From: an uncultured Methanoregulaceae archaeon
GTDB lineage: Archaea > Halobacteriota > Methanomicrobia > Methanomicrobiales > Methanospirillaceae
DNA: 64,000 nt
Direction: 5' to 3'
NCBI GenBank assembly: GCA_963701095.1
Contig: OY969564.1
Span: forward strand, 704,001-768,000
The notes under the pieces were generated by a model. It searched no databases, was not told the DNA's origin, and saw only the letters and a list, made by a program, of their open reading frames with translations. Shown here piece after piece: positions 60,294-64,000 of this stretch. Positions within the stretch are counted from its first letter, which is position 1; each line of letters starts with the position of its first letter. The translations under genes and the position numbers were made by a program.

Positions 60294-61483
60294 AGGATAG
60301 TCCCGTTCCGTGCGGTAACATACCTGACTTGGGAAAGGACGATCGCCAGCAGCTCATCAACACCGAGTTTTTCTTCACTTTCCCTGACCGCAAGGCCCGC
60401 TGCAGCGGTCGCCGGCATCCGAGGCACTGCCTGGCAGGCAAGGTCTCCCTGTTTTTCCATAAATGTCCCGATCTTCCGGGCAAGCGTAATCGTCTCAGCT
60501 TTGTCATAGGTGATAAGCGGCCGAAGCACCGGAACGGTCGTGGCATCAGCAATCACCGCAAGGTTTGCTAAAGTCTGGGAGGCTACCTGACCAAGATTTT
60601 CGCCGGTAAGGATTGCCTGTGCCCCCTCGCGGCCACACAGGCTTGCGGCAACCCGGAGCATAAACCGTTTGCAAAGGACACACCGCAGCCGGACCGGGAT
60701 GTGGCGTTCCTGCATCCGGTCATAGAAGGGTTCGGTATCGACAATGATCATCTGCAGATCAAAACCTGGACACCACAGCGAGAGCCGCCGGTGGTTTTCG
60801 ATCGCCGTTTCAAGAACATCACTGCCAGCCCATCTCCCGCCATCCATATGCAGGTGTGACACCTCGCAGCCCCGCTTCATAGCGAGCCACGAAGCAACCG
60901 GGGAATCGATCCCGGAAGACAAAAGGCAGAGCACCCGGCCCTGTGAACCCCACGGAAGACCCCCGGGTGCCGGTATACGCGCATCATAGACAAAACCCCC
61001 GCAGTCCCGGACTTCTGCAAAAAGCTCATACTCCGGGTTTGTAAGGTCGACAGAGAGTCCCGGGATCGCGTCATAAATAACGGAACCTATGAACTCGCCC
61101 AGCTGCTGGCTGTTCATACCAGTCTTGGTCTGTCGCTTAGCCCGCACGGCAAACCGGCAGGGTGCAAAAACATGGGAAATGGCAAGAGCGACTGCCGCAT
61201 CACGGAGAGCTTCGGGGGTCGCCTCAACCCGCATACAGACGCTTACATCCACGATACCGAAAATCCGTGCAATGATACCTGCAATCTCTTCCGGTTTTTC
61301 CCCATAGACAAAAATCCTTCCCCGGGGACTTTCGAACCGGCAGGAATGGCCGGCCGTTTCCAGTGCTTTTCGGATGTTACGGAGCAGGATACCAATAAAA
61401 TGGTACATGACGGGATCACTTTTCAGGAAAAGCTCGCCGTATCGAACCATAACAACTTTTTCCGGTTCCTGGCATCCATTCAT
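60290..61483 (-). CDS. thiI: tRNA sulfurtransferase ThiI (THUMP + PP-loop, no rhodanese domain)
   Basis: VRYGELFLK, SSGIDSPVA, CVLCKR, TGENLGQVASQT, LRPL. Confidence 0.93.
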   Translation of the reverse strand: MNGCQEPEKVVMVRYGELFLKSDPVMYHFIGILLRNIRKALETAGHSCRFESPRGRIFVYGEKPEEIAGIIARIFGIVDVSVCMRVEATPEALRDAAVALAISHVFAPCRFAVRAKRQTKTGMNSQQLGEFIGSVIYDAIPGLSVDLTNPEYELFAEVRDCGGFVYDARIPAPGGLPWGSQGRVLCLLSSGIDSPVASWLAMKRGCEVSHLHMDGGRWAGSDVLETAIENHRRLSLWCPGFDLQMIIVDTEPFYDRMQERHIPVRLRCVLCKRFMLRVAASLCGREGAQAILTGENLGQVASQTLANLAVIADATTVPVLRPLITYDKAETITLARKIGTFMEKQGDLACQAVPRMPATAAAGLAVRESEEKLGVDELLAIVLSQVRYVTARNGTIL

Positions 61484-61584
61484 GGTTACCCTAGATATTG
61501 GATGGCACAAGCTGATAACCGTTAGCGGAAACGAAAACGGGAATAACGAAACCATTTAATCGGCGCAGGGAATAGTGTACTGAA

Positions 61585-62217
61585 ATGGCAAAGAAGTCGA
61601 GCAATAAAGCAGAAGAGGCACCATTGAAACTCTTCTACATTTTCTATAACCAGGAACGCTGGGACAACTGGGTAAAATCGCTGAGCGAAGCAAGTTTCGA
61701 GGTCGATACCAAGAGCGAAGAGATGCCTGAAGGGTTCCGGATACTCGATGGTTTCTCGGTCGATATCACCCTCGAGGTGCTCAAGATCATAAAGCTCTTC
61801 CAGAACAAGCGTTTCACCAGTGAAGAGGCACAGGAAAAGCTGGTACAGGTCGAAGCAATTGTCATGGCAGCCGCACCCTCTGGAGATCTTGAGGAGCTCA
61901 TTGAGATCCTCCAGCTCCCCAAGCTTGTGCTCTTTGCATCCTGCCGCAAGTACCTGGCCGGCGGGTTTGAGAAGGATATAAAAACGCTGGTGAAAAAAGG
62001 CAGGGATACCATCGATAAGGATATGGAACAGGCGCTCGAAATCGCATCAAATATCGGTGCGAGCGTGATTGATGGTGCAGCCTGCTGCGGGAAATACGTA
62101 AAAGACGATCTCGAGAACCCGACCCTGTTTGACGAATGGCTTATCGAGTGCGAGAGAATATTCGAAGCGATGGGCTCACTCAAAAATTTTGATGAGTCAA
62201 CTGGAGAAGACGATTGA
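61585..62217 (+). CDS. DUF2150 family protein
   Basis: FYNQERWDNW motif, SVIDG. Confidence 0.8.
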   Translation: MAKKSSNKAEEAPLKLFYIFYNQERWDNWVKSLSEASFEVDTKSEEMPEGFRILDGFSVDITLEVLKIIKLFQNKRFTSEEAQEKLVQVEAIVMAAAPSGDLEELIEILQLPKLVLFASCRKYLAGGFEKDIKTLVKKGRDTIDKDMEQALEIASNIGASVIDGAACCGKYVKDDLENPTLFDEWLIECERIFEAMGSLKNFDESTGEDD

Positions 62218-62666
62218 TTGCCGGGAGAGCACGGTTCCGTCACGCAAAAAAGATCGAACGACTTGCCGGCTACCGTGTGCCCGAGTTCGCCTTCTCTCCG
62301 GTGATGCTGGAGACCATCACCACGCGTTTTAATTTTGATGAACTCGATTTTTCCATCCGGGAACAGCTGTTACATTTTTTCGATGATTTTCTCCGGTGCA
62401 AATGCAAAAATTCACCGTTATGCGGCTGCCCGGAAAAAAAATTTGCAAAAAAAGTTATCGAACTGCGCGAGAACGGCCTTGACCATCGCCAGATTGCAGC
62501 ATACCTTTCCGATGAATACGGGATCGAAATCTTTCCAGCAGATGTGCTTTCGTTCCTGGAAGACTCGGTGCACGTCCTTGAAGCTATTGCAGACATTGCG
62601 TGCCTGAAAGGTGAAGAAACACTTGCCGCAAAGACCAACGAGCATATCCGGCTTATTGAGCGGTGA
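62214..62666 (+). CDS. Zn-binding hypothetical protein (DUF5814-like, resembles the archaeal helicase C-terminus)
   Basis: FLRCKCKNSPLCGCPE..IELRENG..YGIEIFPADVLSFLE. Confidence 0.7.
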   Translation: MIAGRARFRHAKKIERLAGYRVPEFAFSPVMLETITTRFNFDELDFSIREQLLHFFDDFLRCKCKNSPLCGCPEKKFAKKVIELRENGLDHRQIAAYLSDEYGIEIFPADVLSFLEDSVHVLEAIADIACLKGEETLAAKTNEHIRLIER

Positions 62667-63420
62667 ACCGGACACAGGAAAAAGCTCCTTTTGCTTCGGA
62701 CACTTTCTCTTGTCCAGAAAGTTTATATTACAAAATGTAATATCTACTTTACATGGAGTTGGTGAATCAACCAACACCAGCATAACCGGAGAACAACTTC
62801 CACCCGACATGCAAAAACGGAAACCTGGCGGCTCTCCGGCGGCAGGTCCTCGAGAAATCTACGAATAAGGAGATGATAGAGAAAACATGGGACTATTAAG
62901 TATAACGAACTTCCGAACGCCAGAGTTGGCAGGGATAATGCATACCAGATCGTGAACCCTTGTAAAGATCCCCGTACCAGTTTATGACCATCCCCACCCG
63001 ATGGAATAAAGCTGCACAGAAAGATTAAATCACGATCCAAAACCAGGACAAGACAAGTACCTCTTCATCAGAACCATTAATCCTGAAAAATATGTGGGAG
63101 GAAAATCTCCCGCACCTTTTTACTTTCTTTTTGCAATTGTTTGGCACTGAAAAAACTCACATGAGTCCAAACTCAAGCAAAAATGATGAATGACAATGGG
63201 TTTTTTATAATAAAACCTCTCCAATAATCAGAGGAGAGAAAGATATCTTAAATTTTGAGAGGTCATAGATATCATCTTGATTTTAAGTTCCATGCCTTTT
63301 CGGGCGCTTTACAAAAGAACGGACGGCCCCCTAGGATTTCATTTTAGAAATGGGAGAAAATGGAGAGTATCCAAATCATTTTAATCTTCTCCGGTAAGAG
63401 GGAATGTCGGTGAGATTCAG

Positions 63421-63834
63421 ATGAAATACACTCCTGAAAAAGTTTACTGGGTGATCCTGGTTGTTATCCTTGGAACATTCATCACTGTAGCTGGGTGTAC
63501 CGGTACAGCGTCGGTATCGCCATCGACCCCGACAACAACTGCATCAACACCGGCACCTGTCACAGGAGCTGTGACGGTCAATATTCAGAACTTTGCATTC
63601 AGTCCGGCAAGCATCACTATCTCCCACGGAACGACAGTGACATGGGTGAACCAAGACTCTGTTAACCACCAGATCCTCAATGATGCAGCAGGAACATTTG
63701 CTGAGGGTGCACTATTCTCAAGCGATTCTTTATTGAATGGTAAAGGTTATTCCTTCACATTCGATACGCCCGGCACCTACCCGTACCATTGCAGTATTCA
63801 CCCATATATGAAGGGAACAGTTATTGTAACCTGA
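63421..63834 (+). CDS. Cupredoxin/plastocyanin-like lipoprotein
   Basis: AGC lipobox, FAFSP, NHQI, YPYHCSIHPYM type-1 Cu ligands. Confidence 0.9.
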   Translation: MKYTPEKVYWVILVVILGTFITVAGCTGTASVSPSTPTTTASTPAPVTGAVTVNIQNFAFSPASITISHGTTVTWVNQDSVNHQILNDAAGTFAEGALFSSDSLLNGKGYSFTFDTPGTYPYHCSIHPYMKGTVIVT

Positions 63835-64000
63835 TTTCTTCATTAATTTTAAAATCGCAGTTTTCATCCCATCAGTAGAAAAATTGCCACGTTACCAGTG
63901 TTATGTGAATAAGTGCAAAAATAAAAGTAACTCCGGCCATTCTCATATGCCATTTAAAGGGAATATGGTAGAGTCCCTTTAACACAAGAATACCCATTGT

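Noticed and set aside
62744..63040. 98-aa minus-strand ORF
   Set aside because: No RBS or recognisable motif; may be non-coding or heavily decayed
1..64000. CRISPR array, tRNA or rRNA genes
   Set aside because: No regularly spaced repeats or recognisable RNA gene motifs seen by eye; tRNAscan and Infernal were not run

Overview
This 64-kb window reads like chromosomal DNA of a Methanomicrobiales methanogen, most likely Methanoregula-like. That placement is inferred from pscS, methanogen-type ThiI, DUF2150, DUF2769, a PEF-CTERM tail and the many REC-PAS-HATPase kinases with an RHDIxNQL H-box. The left ~42 kb is an accessory region rich in signal transduction: three tandem giant hybrid kinases built from shared DNA modules, two wHTH-PAS sensors, a 7TM kinase with its response regulator, and two His-less pseudo-kinases. 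It also holds several decayed genes, an SRAP gene with a truncated upstream duplicate, an orphan RadA/ImuA-like gene, a double AT-hook microprotein, tandem DUF2769 genes, a Dph6-GATase pair, a stand-alone NrS-1-type primase-polymerase domain and an IS remnant. The right part carries a TPR protein, an orphan Dam methylase, a rhomboid-like protein, a CBS-PPase, an ABC exporter, a PEF-CTERM ice-binding (DUF3494) protein, a homospermidine synthase/ornithine decarboxylase operon, pscS, PPK2, ThiI and a cupredoxin. About ten otherwise intact genes are split by single-base indels, which are most likely sequencing or assembly errors. I saw no rRNA, tRNA or CRISPR array. All family calls are by-eye motif recognition; no database search was run.
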